Assembly (NCBI GenBank): GCA_002269645.1
Contig: NIVC01000142.1
Coordinates: 186,001-250,000 of the forward strand
Length of the DNA: 64,000 nucleotides
Direction of reading: 5' to 3'
From: Macrostomum lignano
Taxonomy: Eukaryota
The notes under the pieces are model-generated. The model worked only from the letters and a program-made list of their open reading frames with translations, was not told where the DNA came from and made no database searches. Positions 1 through 11,764 of this stretch are shown here, piece after piece. Within the stretch, counting starts at the first letter, position 1. The number at the start of each line of letters is the position of its first letter. A program made the translations under genes and the position numbers.

Positions 1-70
1 CGCTTCTTTGCTAATCCTCCTGCAGCTCTGCTTTTTAGCCATCTGAGACAGCCGCCCCGCCTCAGCCTAC

Positions 71-131
71 CTGGGAGCACGCCCGATGTCCCACTCGTCA
101 AATCATCATCCTCGAGTTTGTCTAAGTTCAT
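71..131 (-). CDS. Possible first coding exon (MNLDKLEDDDLTSGTSGVLP) of a gene running off the left edge
   Basis: ATG at 131-129, open frame, donor CCCAG|GTAGGC at 71/70. No homology recognised. Confidence 0.2.
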
Positions 132-444
132 TTTTAGCAGTAGCAAATCAACTAAAAATAATTTGCTCTATACTCGCTACTCATGCTACTGATAGTAGAG
201 TTAGTAGGGGGATTGTGTATCGAATAAAAAACTAAATCATAATTTTAAATGTTTTTGTTACTCTAGCATGCCTTAAGAAGCCGCGTTATCAAAGTTCTGT
301 TGAAATTCGTATTCATTAACCAATGAATGTTTTGCATAATAAACGGCTTTATTCACATTCTAATTTTACTCAAATTTTCACGATTGAATAAAACCAAATC
401 AGAATGATCTATTTATATTTGTATTTGTATTAGAGTGAGTACAT

Positions 445-782
445 AGAGTCACACCAGAGTCACACCAGAGTCACACCCAAGTCACACCAGAGTCACACCA
501 GAGTCACACCAGAGTCACACCCAAGTCACACCAGAGACACACCAGAGCCACACCAGAGTCACACCAGAGTCACACCCAAGTCACACCAGAGACACACCAG
601 AGTCACACCAGAGTCACAACAGAGTCACACGAGAGTCACACCAGAGCCACACCAGAGCCACACCAGAGTACACCAGAGTCACACCAGTGTCACACGAGAG
701 TCACACCAGAGTCACAAAAGTCATACCGGAGTCACCTAATTCACACCAGAGTCACTTAAGTCACACCAGAGTCACACCAGAG
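445..782. repeat. 11-bp minisatellite (AGAGTCACACC)n
   Basis: Direct tandem repetition with point variants. Confidence 0.95.
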
Positions 783-879
783 AAGATGTGACTCCGTGGA
801 ATATTCTCTTTTAGATAATCTGATCAGAATTAATACTCCTGTTTTGCATGCACCTACGCCGTACCAGCGCGGTGCCTAT

Positions 880-1080
880 GGGGCCGTAGCCCAGTGGTCT
901 AACGCGGGCCTTTTTGTGCCTGCGGCCCAGGCTCGATTCCAAGTGCAGTCAAATTAATTTGAGGACTAGATTGGACTCTCGGCTTGGCTCTGCTCGTGCA
1001 ATCGAGGGCCACCCCTCCCCCCCCCCCAAGGCACAGTGAAGTGTACATGCCTAACGATAAATAAAGTTAGGGCTGTACAC
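880..1080 (+). mobile_element. tRNA-derived SINE-like sequence or tRNA pseudogene
   Basis: A-box-like TAGCCCAGTGG (887-897) and B-box-like GGCTCGATTCC (930-940). No proper cloverleaf. A 15-bp-stem hairpin lies at 1041-1080. Confidence 0.45.
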
Positions 1081-1115
1081 TCCTGTGTGAGTGTGTGCCT
1101 GTGCGTATGACCAAG

Positions 1116-1275
1116 ACCAGTCACCCCGGCCAATCACCCCGGCCAGTCACCCCGGCCAGTCACCTCGGCCAGTCAACCAGTCACTCAGGCCAGTCACCCC
1201 GGCCAGTCACCTCGGCCAGTCAACCAGTCACTCAGGCCAGTCACCCCGGCCAGTCACCTCGACCAATCACCCTCA
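1116..1275. repeat. ~13-bp minisatellite (CCGGCCAGTCACC)n beginning at the ENaC stop codon
   Basis: Tandem units. ORFs 1091..1306 and 1095..1325 are artefacts of it. Confidence 0.9.
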
Positions 1276-1870
1276 GTCGGCCACCCCGCCAGCGTCAAAC
1301 TTTTGAACGCGGCCAGCAGCCGTAGCTGCCGCAGTCACCGCAGCCGCAGCAGGTGGCGCCTCTCCGCTGTCGCCGGCGCCATCAGAGCAGCCAAGCAGTC
1401 TCTTAAACAGGTAATAAATAAACTCGAGCAGCTCCACCGAAGTGATGACAGTCAGGCCTCCCCACAGAGAGAATGAGCCGCCGATCTGTGAGATCAACGC
1501 CTCCAGGGTGATCTGCAGTTTCTCCCGGGTCACCGTTCGGGCAAAATCCGGCCGGAACACCCGCAGCCGAAGGAAATTATCCCTGATGAGGTTGCCCTCC
1601 TCCGACTGCAGCAGGTCGGCGGCCTTGGCGGCCTGGCCGCTCTGCACGAGGCTGTCCAATCGGCTGTACACGCTGAACTTGCCAGCCAGCATGGAGTTGT
1701 TGCGCACTCTTAGCCTGTAGAAGTCCAGCTCGTTAGTTTTCGGCGGCCACAAAGATTGATAGGCGGTGCTTTTGAACGCCAGTGAGTGACAGGAGGCCGG
1801 GCAAGCGACGCCCGAGTCGCTAGCGATGAGGTTGCGCGGGTCCAGCTCCTGCTTCGAGGCGCAGTCATAG
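1273..1870 (-). CDS. DEG/ENaC family sodium channel, exon 2 (thumb end, knuckle, TM2, stop)
   Basis: Acceptor CTACCCGCAG|C at 1871/1870 is phase-2 compatible with exon 1. Translates YDC...CPASC...WPP...ALISQIGGSFSLWGGLTVITSVELLE, the DEG/ENaC TM2 signature. Confidence 0.9.
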
Positions 1871-1889
1871 CTGCGGGTAGATAGAGGCG

Positions 1890-2420
1890 GATCTATAGAC
1901 TGACAATAGATCTACTTGTAAATGTATATAGACATTTACAATATGCATCTATAGACACAAAGAGCTCAGATCTATATACGATCACAGAGCCAAATGACCA
2001 AATATATAGACATCAAGAGATCTAGATATATACGCCAAGAGGCCATAGACTCCAAGAGATCACATGGATAGGCATTCAAAGACTCGCATCTATAGATTCC
2101 AAGAGCCACAGTGGACCTACAGGCACATACAAATCTAAATATATAGAAACCCAGTGATCTATAGACACCCAGAGATCTATAGACACCCAGAGATCTATAG
2201 ACACCCAGAGATCTATAGACACCCAGAGATCTATAGACACCCAGAGATCTATAGACACCCAGAGATCTATAGATAACCGGAGATTTATAGACACCCAGAG
2301 ATCTATAGACAACCGGAGATTTATAGACACCCAGAGATCTATAGACAACCGGAGATCTATAGACACTCAGATATCCCCATCTACAGTATAGACACTTAAA
2401 TATTTAAAACGATTAACAAC
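1890..2420. repeat. 18-bp minisatellite (ATCTATAGACACCCAGAG)n with degenerate flanks, ENaC intron
   Basis: Near-perfect core at ~2150-2365. Confidence 0.9.
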
Positions 2421-2859
2421 CAGAGATTTAGCTACCAGAGATAGCCACCCAGAAATCAGGTATTTTGACGAACAGACTCAGATCTAGGTACCTAAGCAAG
2501 ATCTAGAGACGCCCAGTTCTCAGATCTATACAGGCCCCTAAACGCCCAAACCGCTGCAGTGTGTGCGCATCTCACTGCCCATGGATTCGGACTGCTCACG
2601 CAAAGCAGGGAATTATTAAATTAATTTCGAGTCAAAGGTTCCGAGGTCAAAATTTTCCTTTTCCAATACATCATTTTAGCCCTTAGACAGGGAATTATCG
2701 CCTCGGATTACAACTCTTCCCTTGAGGCGCTTAAATCCTAGAAATGCGTTTCACTCCTCAAAATATTGGATTTCTTTTAGGCGCATAAATTAAATTAAAT
2801 TTGCACATAGCATTATTATTAACCAAATTGCAGTTATTCAGTCTTAATTCTGTTGCATC

Positions 2860-3921
2860 TTGTCTGTAAGTCTTCTGCATCTGTCTATAAGTCTCCCTGC
2901 ATCTGTCTGTAAGTCTTCTGTACCTTCTGTAAATCTCCTGTATCTGACTGTAAGACTTCTGCATCCGTCTATAAGTCTCCCTGCATCTGTCTGTAAGTCT
3001 CCCTGTATCAGTCTGTAAGTCTCCCTGTATCTGTCTGTAAATCTCCCTGTATCAGTCTGTAAGTCTCCCTGCATCTGTCTGTAAGTCTCCCTGTATCTGT
3101 CTGTAAGTCTCCCTGTATCAGTCTGTAAGTCTCCCTGTATCTGTCTGTAAATCTCCCTGTATCAGTCTGTAAGTCTCCCTGCATCTGTCTGTAAGTCTCC
3201 CTGTATCAGTCTGTAAGTCTCCCTGCATCTGTCTGTAAGTCTCCCTGTATCTGTCTGTAAGTCTCCCTGTATCAGTCTGTAAGTCTCCCTGTATCTGTCT
3301 GTAAGTCTACCTGTATCAGTCTGTAAGTCTCCCTGCATCTGTCTGTAAGTCTCCCTGTATCTGTCTGTAAGTCTCCCTGTATCAGTCTGTAAGTCTACCT
3401 GTATCTGTCTGTAAGTCTACCTGTATCAGTCTGTAAGTCTACCTGTATCTGTCTGTAAGTCTACCTGTATCAGTCTGTAAGTCTCCCTGTATCTGTCTGT
3501 AAATCTCCCTGTATCAGTCTGTAAGTCTCCCTGCATCTGTCTGTAAGTCTCCCTGTATCTGTCTGTAAGTCTCCCTGTATCAGTCTGTAAGTCTCCCTGT
3601 ATCTGTCTGTAAATCTCCCTGTATCAGTCTGTAAGTCTCCCTGCATCTGTCTGTAAGTCTCCCTGTATCTGTCTGTAAGTCTCCCTGTATCAGTCTGTAA
3701 GTCTACCTGTATCTGTCTGTAAGTCTACCTGTATCAGTCTGTAAGTCTACCTGTATCTGTCTGTAAGTCTACCTGTATCAGTCTGTAAGTCTCCCTGTAT
3801 CTGTCTGTAAATCTCCCTGTATCAGTCTGTAAGTCTCCCTGCATCTGTCTGTAAGTCTCCCTGTATCTGTCTGTAAGTCTCCCTGTATCAGTCTGTAAGT
3901 CTCCCTGTATCTATCTGTAAG
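2860..3921. repeat. 22-bp minisatellite (TCTGTAAGTCTCCCTGTATCTG)n, ENaC intron
   Basis: Long run of tandem units with few variants. Confidence 0.97.
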
Positions 3922-4037
3922 CGAAAACAGAGAAATTTTGTTGAGAACAATTGTGCGCCAAAGCGGTGTCTAGTAGCATTATTTAAAATTGGAGCATCAA
4001 ACTTGGGTTAAACAACAAATTTCTCCCGGCATCGCAC

Positions 4038-5191
4038 CTTGTGAAGAAGGCGTTAAAGTTGAGCGACTGGTTGCCAACCTGGCCGCAGAACGGCACCCCG
4101 CTGTGCTCGCTACTGAGCGGGAAGTCCGGATCAACACAGCCGCAGTGTCGCATGATGGAGTTCTGCACCTCCAGCTGCCGGCAGGTGAGACTGTCGTACT
4201 CGAACTCACGACTGTTTGCGCCTCTGTCGTCGCCGCCGCCGCCGCCGCCGCCGCTGCCGATGTGCAGCTGGATTCGCCGCCTCTCCGTGCAGTTCTGCTT
4301 CGGCGAGTGTTTGTACTTTTCAATGCTGCGCGCTTCGACCAACTCGATGACACTCTTTGTGCCCGGCAGGACGTGGATGCCCAGCTGACTGATCCTGGGA
4401 TAGCTTCCCGCCGGGTGCACCATGACGTGGGCCCCGATGCTGTCGTCCAGGTCGAACAGAGTTGAAGAGTCGTTGCAGAGATCCTCGTCTTGACAGCTGT
4501 GCATCTGCTCCGTGTCAAGGTACAGGTCCATCTCCAGCGCCTGGGTTGTGTTGGCAATGTCGGCCGTAGGCGTCAGCATGAAGCAGGTGAAGAACTGCGG
4601 ATTCGGTATGAGCAGCACGTCCGAGTCCAGGTTGCAGCTTCGCTGTTGGAGCTTCGACTCCTTGACGTAGGTGAAGTTGCAGGTGCCATTCAGCACGAAG
4701 TCGTGAAAAGCCAGACCGATGCGCCGGACGGTGTCCACGCCCCAGTTCTGATAGAGAAACGACTTGTCTGTCAGCGCCTTGAAGCTCTGGGAGAAGTTGG
4801 CGTCGTTTCTCAACTGGGTGAGCATGTGCAGCAGGCGGATGTCAGCGACGTTCTTTTCTGTCCGGCTGCCGAACCTGCGAATCATGTCAGTGGAGAAGGG
4901 CTGCAGGTTGCAGACGGTCACGGAGGGGAACGGCACGAGTTCAGAGTAGTGCTCAGTGGTGACTTCCAGCACGGTCTGGTAGAGGCGGTAGGTGCTGACC
5001 AAGCGCACTGTGAAGACCAGGCTGATTCCCAGGAAGCCGGACACGGAGACCAGCCACACCAGCTTCCAGCAGGCGCTGCGGCAGCGCAGAATCCTGGGCA
5101 CTCCGCGGACAGACGACAGCAGGCAGAACCGGATGAGCTCGTCTTTGACCGACTCTGGCTGGCTCGATCTTTGCATGATGTCGCGGCTCAT
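4038..5191 (-). CDS. DEG/ENaC family sodium channel, exon 1 (N-terminus, TM1, ectodomain); spliced product ~583 aa
   Basis: FCLLSSVRGVPRI pre-TM1, hydrophobic TM1, PFPSVTVCNLQP, Cys-rich thumb (CGCVDP, PFC). Donor ACAAG|GTGCGA at 4038/4037. Start taken at MSRDIM (5191); the ORF is also open to 5326. Confidence 0.9.
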
Positions 5192-5633
5192 AGCTGCTTC
5201 TGCTACAGATAGGCAGGCAGGCAAGCAAAAGTTCCCGAAGATTTCCTGAGGATTTCCTGCCTTTAGTCCACGAATTCGCCCTCCCTCTGTCCTTCTGTCC
5301 GCCAATGCGCGAGTTTCGCCGCTCACTGGTTGAACGCATCGGGGCGGAGTTGCAGTGCACTTCTGGTCTCCTGAATTGCAAATGCAGGCAGCAGGTGTTT
5401 TGCTGCGCTCACAAGTTTATCAAGCTGTTTTCTCATGAACTGCTGCCGGAGACCGGCAGGCAAGCAAAGTTGCGGCGAAATTCCAGCCGCTCCTGTCTCT
5501 GCAGTGTTTTTTCTGGACGGATTTTTCTATGGCCAAACCCCACTCAGCGCTGTGCAAAACAGCAAATCTTTAGGAAATCCGTTGTTGCCGCTCTCCAAAA
5601 GTACGGCTTTGTAAACTTTTTTTCTTGAAACTG

Positions 5634-5930
5634 AGGAGGTTGTAGTCTACATGTAGTTAGAGCATCGGACTCAGGACTGCAAGGTCGGGGGTTCGATTCT
5701 CGACCCGCTTGGAACAATTTGTATCCATGAGCAAGACACTTAACTCTACATTGCTTCAGTTCACCCAGCTGTAAAATGGGTGCCAGCATTAGCTGGGGTA
5801 ATTGAAGTGTGTGGCGACCCCCCAGTCCTTGGATTGAACAGCCGTACGCAGCCTTGAGTTGAAATACTGGGAATTCTTGCCTCCAGCAGAATCTGCGAGT
5901 ACAGCGTAATTCTACGGTACCTTAGAAACT
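5634..5930 (+). mobile_element. tRNA-derived SINE with CORE-like central domain
   Basis: tRNA-like head (GTTAGAGCATCGGACT...GGTTCGATTCT), then TGAGCAAGACACTTAACTCTACATTGCTTCAGTTCACCCAGCTGTAAAATGGG, which resembles the recalled MIR/CORE consensus. 3' end uncertain. Confidence 0.65.
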
Positions 5931-6177
5931 TTGCCCTGCTTCAGTTCCGGGATGCAAGTCAAAGAACCAGCATCAACCGGATCTCAAATTCAACGCATTT
6001 TGCACGCAAGCGGCTCCAGTCTCAGGTTCAAGTTGGGAAAGCTGCTGAGCACGCGATGCCGGTTTACTGAGCTGGTCTGTGACTCGGATGAGCTGGAACA
6101 GAACACTTATAGACTGCTAATAATAGATATCCCGTATAGACATCCCCTTTGATGTTGTCAGAAAGTTTGTTTTAGAA

Positions 6178-6960
6178 TGATATTGGGGTGATATTTGCTC
6201 TGATTTTGGTGTGATATTGCTTTGATGTTGGTGTGATATTGCTCTGATATTGGGGTGATATTGCTCTGATATTGGGGTGATATTGCTCTGATATTGGGGT
6301 GATATTTGCTCTGATTTTGGTGTGATATTGCTTTGATGTTGGTGTGATATTGCTCTGATATTGGGGTGATATTGCTCTGATATTGGGGTGATATTGCTCT
6401 GATATTGGGGTGATATTGCTCTGATATTGGGGTGATATTGGGGTGATATTGCTCTGATATTGGGGTGATATTGCTCTGATATTGGGGTGATATTGCTCTG
6501 ATATTGGGGTGATATTGCTCTGATATTGGTGTGATATTGCTCTGATATTGGGGTGATATTGCTCTGATATTGGGGTGATATTGCTCTGATATTGGGGTGA
6601 TATTGCTCTGATATTGGGGTGATATTGGGGTGATATTGGGGTGATATTTGGGTGATATTACTCTGATATTTGGGTGATATTACTCTGATATTGGGGTGAT
6701 ATTGCTCTGATATTGGTGTGATATTGCTCTGATATTGGGGTGATATTGCTCCGATATTGGGGTGATATTGCTCTGATATTGGGGTGATATTGATGTGATA
6801 TTGAGGTGATATTGGGGTGGTATTGCTGTGATATTGGGGTGATATTGGGGTGATATTGCTGTGATATTGAGGTTATATTAGTGTGATGTTGGGGTGATAC
6901 TGGGGTATGAACTTTGAGTGATATTGCTTTGATATTGGGTGATATTGAGATAAAATTGAG
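6178..6960. repeat. 11/22-bp minisatellite (GATATTGGGGTGATATTGCTCT)n
   Basis: Tandem dimer of 11-mers, degenerate at both ends. Confidence 0.95.
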
Positions 6961-7642
6961 GGCGATATTGGGATCTAAGCCTTTTTAATCTCCCTGATCC
7001 CTGTCTAAGAGACTTAGTCTTAGTCTTAAAATCTCTATATTGAAAAGTCAGCTAGCATAAGAAATTTGAAATCGATATTTATAATTAACTTTTAGATCTT
7101 TTCACTGTCTATCCAGGTCACCTGTGCTCTCGCTTAGCTAGTCAGGATTCATGGCAGTAATAAAATTTGCATTATACAGTTTCAGCTACAGTAACTGGGT
7201 AGGCTAATTCACATGGCGATCTGGTTTTGCCAGCTAAACTTAGCAGTCCTTGAACTCCAAGCGAGTCTACTGCTGCTGCTATGCTGTCAATGGAGCTTAC
7301 AATCGCACAGCTGAATTCAAATTTCAAGCAAAAAAACTGCTCAGCCAGAGAACAAGTAGTTCTGACTCAATCGTATTTGATCAGTCTGGGAACTCTGTGC
7401 AATTTCAGCTGTCAGACATGCTGGCTTGTACTCGTAATGGCGCTTTATAATTCAAAAAATTATAAAATCTTTTTCGGAGGGAACAATTACCAGGCTTTGA
7501 TGGTATTTCAAATATAGACTTTTTATTTATTTCATTTTATTGTATTTCAAATATTTCAAATATGGACAGTGGATTTTCCTAAAAAATAGGTTAGAGTGAT
7601 CCTCTAGCCAGCCCACTTTTCAGTAGTAGACCCACTTTTTTG

Positions 7643-8475
7643 TTCCACTGTCCCTTGCTTTCTGTCCACTGTCCCCTGCTTTCTGTCCACACTGTCCCCT
7701 GCTTTCTATCCACTGTCCCCTGCTTTCTATCCACTGTCCCCTGCTTTCTGTCCACACTGTCCCCTGCTTTCTGTCCACTGTCCCCTGCTCTCTGTCCACT
7801 GTCCCCTGCTTTCTGTCCACTGTCCCCTGCTTTCTGTCCACTGTCCCCTGCTTTCTGTCCACACTGTCCCCTGCTTTCTGTCCACTGTCCCCTGCCTTCT
7901 GTCCACTGTCCCCTGCTCTCTGTCCACTGTCCCCTGCTTTCTGTCCACTGTCCCCTGCTTTCTGTCCACTGTCCCCTGCTTTCTGTCCACACTGTCCCCT
8001 GCTTTCTGTCCACTGTCCCCTGCTTTCTGTCCACTGTCCCCTGCTTTCTGTCCACTGTCCCCTGCTTTCTGTCCACACTGTCCCCTGCTTTCTGTCCACT
8101 GTCCCCTGCTTTCTGTCCACTGTCCCCTGCTTTCTGTCCACTGTCCCCTGCTTTCTGTCCACACTGTCCCCTGCTTTCTGTCCACACTGTCCCCTGCTTT
8201 CTGTCCGCTGTCCCCTGCTTTCTGTTCGCTGTCCCCTGCTCTCTGTCCGCTGTCCCCTGCTTTCTGTCCACTATCCCCTGCTTTGTGTCCACTGTTCCCT
8301 GCCTTCTGTCCGCTGTCCCCTGCTCTCTGTCCACTGTCCCTTGCTTTCTGTCCACTGTCCCCTGCTCTCTGTCCACTGTCCCCTGCTTTCTGTCCACTGT
8401 CCCTTGCTTTCTGTCCACTGTCCCTTGCTTTCTGTCCACTGTCCCCTGCTCTCTGACCACTGTACCCTGCTCCAT
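7643..8475. repeat. 21-bp minisatellite (TCCACTGTCCCCTGCTTTCTG)n with +AC variants
   Basis: Tandem units; explains all long ORFs at 7591-8577. Confidence 0.97.
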
Positions 8476-8869
8476 TGTCCAATGTCCCTGGAAAATAATT
8501 CGAGATCACACATGTGCGCTACAGATGGAAAAGTTCAAATCGAAATGATTTGTTTATTCAAATTGGCGCGATTATAACTGTAAATATTAACAAAACCACT
8601 GCGGTTAGGTTAAATATTTCTATATTACTAAGCGAGAAAAATGTGTATGGTTATAGCGATAATAAAAATTAAATGACAATCTTTAAAAAAAGTTCTAGCC
8701 GAAATTTTAATCTATATATCTAAAACAGAATACAACTACTCAGTTAAAGCACTTTTCTATTTGGCGCTGTTTTAACTTAAAAACATGAACTTGAACAAAA
8801 TGAGAATATCTGAAGGATGAGCAAAGTTGAAGTATTTTTGATTGTTACAAAATATGGTTAGTTTCTTAA

Positions 8870-9104
8870 TTAGTCAAGGTAACAAAGCCAATTCTCGTTG
8901 CGCAGCACTAGTAGGCATACACAACCTGCTGGGTTCGAACCACGGAGACAATTGCAACGACAGCTACCGGCTCTTGAGCCTGCGTGAAGGCGGAGTCGGC
9001 GGGGGCGGCGCTCCCAGCGCTCCTCTCCAAGGTGGACAGCACCGAGGGTATTCGAGGCGGGCTGACCACACGGTGACGCTGCTGCAAGCTGAAGCTCGTC
9101 CTCA
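8870..9104 (-). CDS. Candidate terminal exon of an orphan gene (EDELQLAAASPCGQ...WERRPRRLRL...)
   Basis: GC-rich island, acceptor TTCCTCCTCAG|T, phase-2 compatible with 9795-9938, TAA at 8870-8872. Alternative frames and strand not excluded. Confidence 0.3.
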
Positions 9105-9289
9105 CTGAGGAGGAACGCGGCGGCGGCGGCGGCGGCGGCGGCGGGGGCGGCGGGGGCGGAGGTGGCGGCGGTGGCTCAGCTACATCCTGAGTCGACCGCA
9201 CTAGGGACTCTATGTCATCCTCTTGAGCAGTAGTCGACCTGAAATTGTGCCTTAAATCCAAGTTCCTTAAAAACTCTGTATTCCCTAGA

Positions 9290-9665
9290 CTCCCCAATCC
9301 CTAAAATCCCCATTCCCCTAAACTCCCCAATCCCTAAACTCCCCATTCCCCTAAACTCCCCATTCCCCTAAACTCCCCATTCCCCTAAACTCCCCAATCC
9401 CTAAAATCCCCATTCCCCTAAACTCCCCAATCCTTAAAATCCCCATTCCCCTAAACTCCCCGATCCCGAAACTCCCCATTCCCTAAACGCCTCATTCCCT
9501 AAACTCCCCATTCCCTAAACTCCCCAATCCCCAGCTCCGCATACCCTAAACTCCCCAATCCCCAACTCCGCATACCCTAAACTCCCCAATCCCCAACTCC
9601 GCATACCCTAAACTCCCCAATCCCCAACTCCGCATACCCTTAACTCCCCATTTTCTAAACCTGTC
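9290..9665. repeat. ~16-bp minisatellite (CCCCATTCCCTAAACT)n grading into a longer variant
   Basis: Tandem units. Confidence 0.9.
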
Positions 9666-9794
9666 CATTCTCTAAACTCCTCTTTATTATAGGAGAAATC
9701 TAGGTTTTTTCAGAAAAATGATGCATTTGTTCAAAAATAAAATAGGAATTCTACGTCTGCTACTTCTAGTAAGCTGCAAGGCAATTCTACTCAC

Positions 9795-9938
9795 GCAAAG
9801 TCCTGACTGTTCAGCCACTCCTTCGTGCGCGAGTTGGGCGTGCTCCACTCTAAGAAGATGGGCGATTCAGCCCCGGCAGCATTCAGCAAGTCATCGTGGG
9901 ATCGCGTCTCCAACCGGGCCTGTCGTGAGTGCGGTTGC
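9795..9938 (-). CDS. Candidate internal exon of the orphan gene (QPHSRQ...IFLEWSTPNSRTKEWLNSQDF)
   Basis: Acceptor CCACCCACGCAG|, donor TTTGC|GTGAGT. Only one open frame, and it matches the phase of 11601-11747. Confidence 0.4.
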
Positions 9939-9979
9939 CTGCGTGGGTGGATGCGGTGGTTATGAAATTGAAATTGGCG

Positions 9980-10552
9980 GCTACTGATAACTATAAATTA
10001 GCCTTGCTACTGATAACTATAAATTAGCCTTGCTACTCATAACTAAATTAGCCTTGCTACTGATAATTATAAATTAGCCTTGCTACTGATAATTATAAAT
10101 TAGCCTTGCTACTGATAACTATAAATTAGCCTTGCTACTCATAACTAAATTAGCCTTGCTACTGATGACTAAATTAGCCTTGCTACTGATAACTAAATTA
10201 GCCTTGCTACTGGTAACTAAATTAGCCTTGCTACTGATAACTAAATTAGCCTTGCTACTGATGACTAAATTAGCCTTGCTACTGATAACTAAATTAGCCT
10301 TGCTACTGGTAACTAAATTAGCCTTGCTACTGATGACTAAATTAGCCTTGCTACTGATAATTATAAATTAACCTTGCTACTGATAACTAAATTAGCCTTG
10401 CTACTGATAACTAAATTAGCCTTGCTACTGATAATTATAAATTAGCCTTGCTACTCATAACTAAATTAGCCTTGCTACTGATAACTAAATTAGCCTTGCT
10501 ACTGATAACTAAATTAGCCTTGCTACTGATAAATAAATTAGCCTTGCTATTG
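9980..10552. repeat. 24-bp minisatellite (AAATTAGCCTTGCTACTGATAACT)n
   Basis: Tandem units. Confidence 0.95.
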
Positions 10553-11061
10553 ATTAACCAAACTAGCCCCACTACTGATATCTGCTGTACCCAAATATTA
10601 ACCCGAATCTAATGCACTTTTATTCTATTTTATTAACTTATCCCGTTAAATAAAATAAGCATACAACTAATTTATGCTCAACTAATAACGCCCTTCGACT
10701 TAACGCGGATTCTCAATGCAGAAATACAATGCCTCATAATTAGTTTGAGCTGTTTTCTCATGGATAAGTTTCTCACAGTCTGCCCTCGAGTCGTAGTGAA
10801 CAATTAACTGAGACTGACTGGGACTGAGTGACTCACTCAGTCTGTCAGTCCAGCACAGAGATGGAATGAGGACACAATAGTTGGTTAAAGTCTTCATTGT
10901 GTGCAAGTGTACAATGTGAGAGGCAACTGAGCCTAAACTTCTCAAGATGCACTTGCAAGTTGTTTACGAAGAAACTTATACCGACTCTCGCTTGCACTGC
11001 AGTGCTTTGCACCGCTTTGAGCACCTCAGACTATAATTCCTGCCTCGCTTTATTACTCATT

Positions 11062-11475
11062 CATGAGCTCATGAACTCACTCATGAACTCATTCATGAAC
11101 TCACTCATGAACTCATTCATGAACTCACTCATGAACTCACTCATGAACTCACTCATGAACTCACTCATGAACTCATTCATGAACTCAATCAAGAACTCAT
11201 TCATGAACTCATTCATGAACTCACTCATGAACTCATTCATGAACTCACTCATGAACTCATTCATGAACTCACTCATGAACTCATTCATGAACTCATTCAT
11301 GAACTCACTCATGAAGTCAACCATGAACTCATTCATGAACTCATTCATGAAGTCAACCATGAACTCACTCATGAAGTCAACCATGAACTCATTCATGAAC
11401 TCATTCATGAAGTCAACCATGAACTCACTCATGAAGTCAACCATGAACTCACTCATGAACTCAATCAAGAACTCA
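11062..11475. repeat. 12-bp minisatellite (ATGAACTCACTC/ATGAACTCATTC)n
   Basis: Tandem units. Confidence 0.95.
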
Positions 11476-11600
11476 CCCACACATTAAGTCACTCACGCAG
11501 TCAGTCATAAACTCAGTCACTTTACTTTATTGCTACATTCTCTACGTTCTATATGCCTAATTCTCTTGATATTTCTTCAAGAAGCCCAGGAAAAGGTTAC

Positions 11601-11747
11601 CTCAGATTCCTTGTTGACAGGGCTGGCATTTCACGACGGCCGCTGGGACTGCTGGATCCTGGCTTTTGCTTGGCCTCAGTCTGGCCCGGCCTTGGCCGAG
11701 TCTGCCTATTCGGCAGTGCAGGCGGCTTCCGTTTGGGCCGCCTGTCC
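11601..11747 (-). CDS. Candidate internal exon of the orphan gene (DRRPKRKPPALPNRQ...MPALSTRNL)
   Basis: Acceptor CCCCTTTAG|, donor TCTGAG|GTAACC, single open frame. Upstream exons unresolved. Confidence 0.35.
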
Positions 11748-11764
11748 CTAAAGGGGTGAGTCAC

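Noticed and set aside
3989-5381. Overlapping ORFs in other frames and on the other strand of the ENaC exon
   Set aside because: GC-rich codon shadows of a clearly homologous CDS; the same applies at 29702-30192, 44488-45309, 50077-51172 and 52460-53057
880-5712. Functional tRNA genes at ~880-950 and ~5640-5712
   Set aside because: No complete acceptor stem or anticodon arm, and both are followed by SINE-like body sequence
7591-8577. Long ORFs (Cys-rich or DRKQGTV repeats) as proteins
   Set aside because: Open in many frames on both strands because the 21-bp unit lacks stops; no coding context
9020-9190. TGA read-through or selenoprotein frame on + (…LTTR*RCCKLKLVLTEEERGGG)
   Set aside because: No SECIS recognised and no homology; a - strand exon explains the island at least as well
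8908-9297. Poly-Pro ORF as the terminal exon
   Set aside because: Its phase (0) does not match the upstream candidate exon, which ends in phase 2; the GGC/CCG run may simply serve as the acceptor tract
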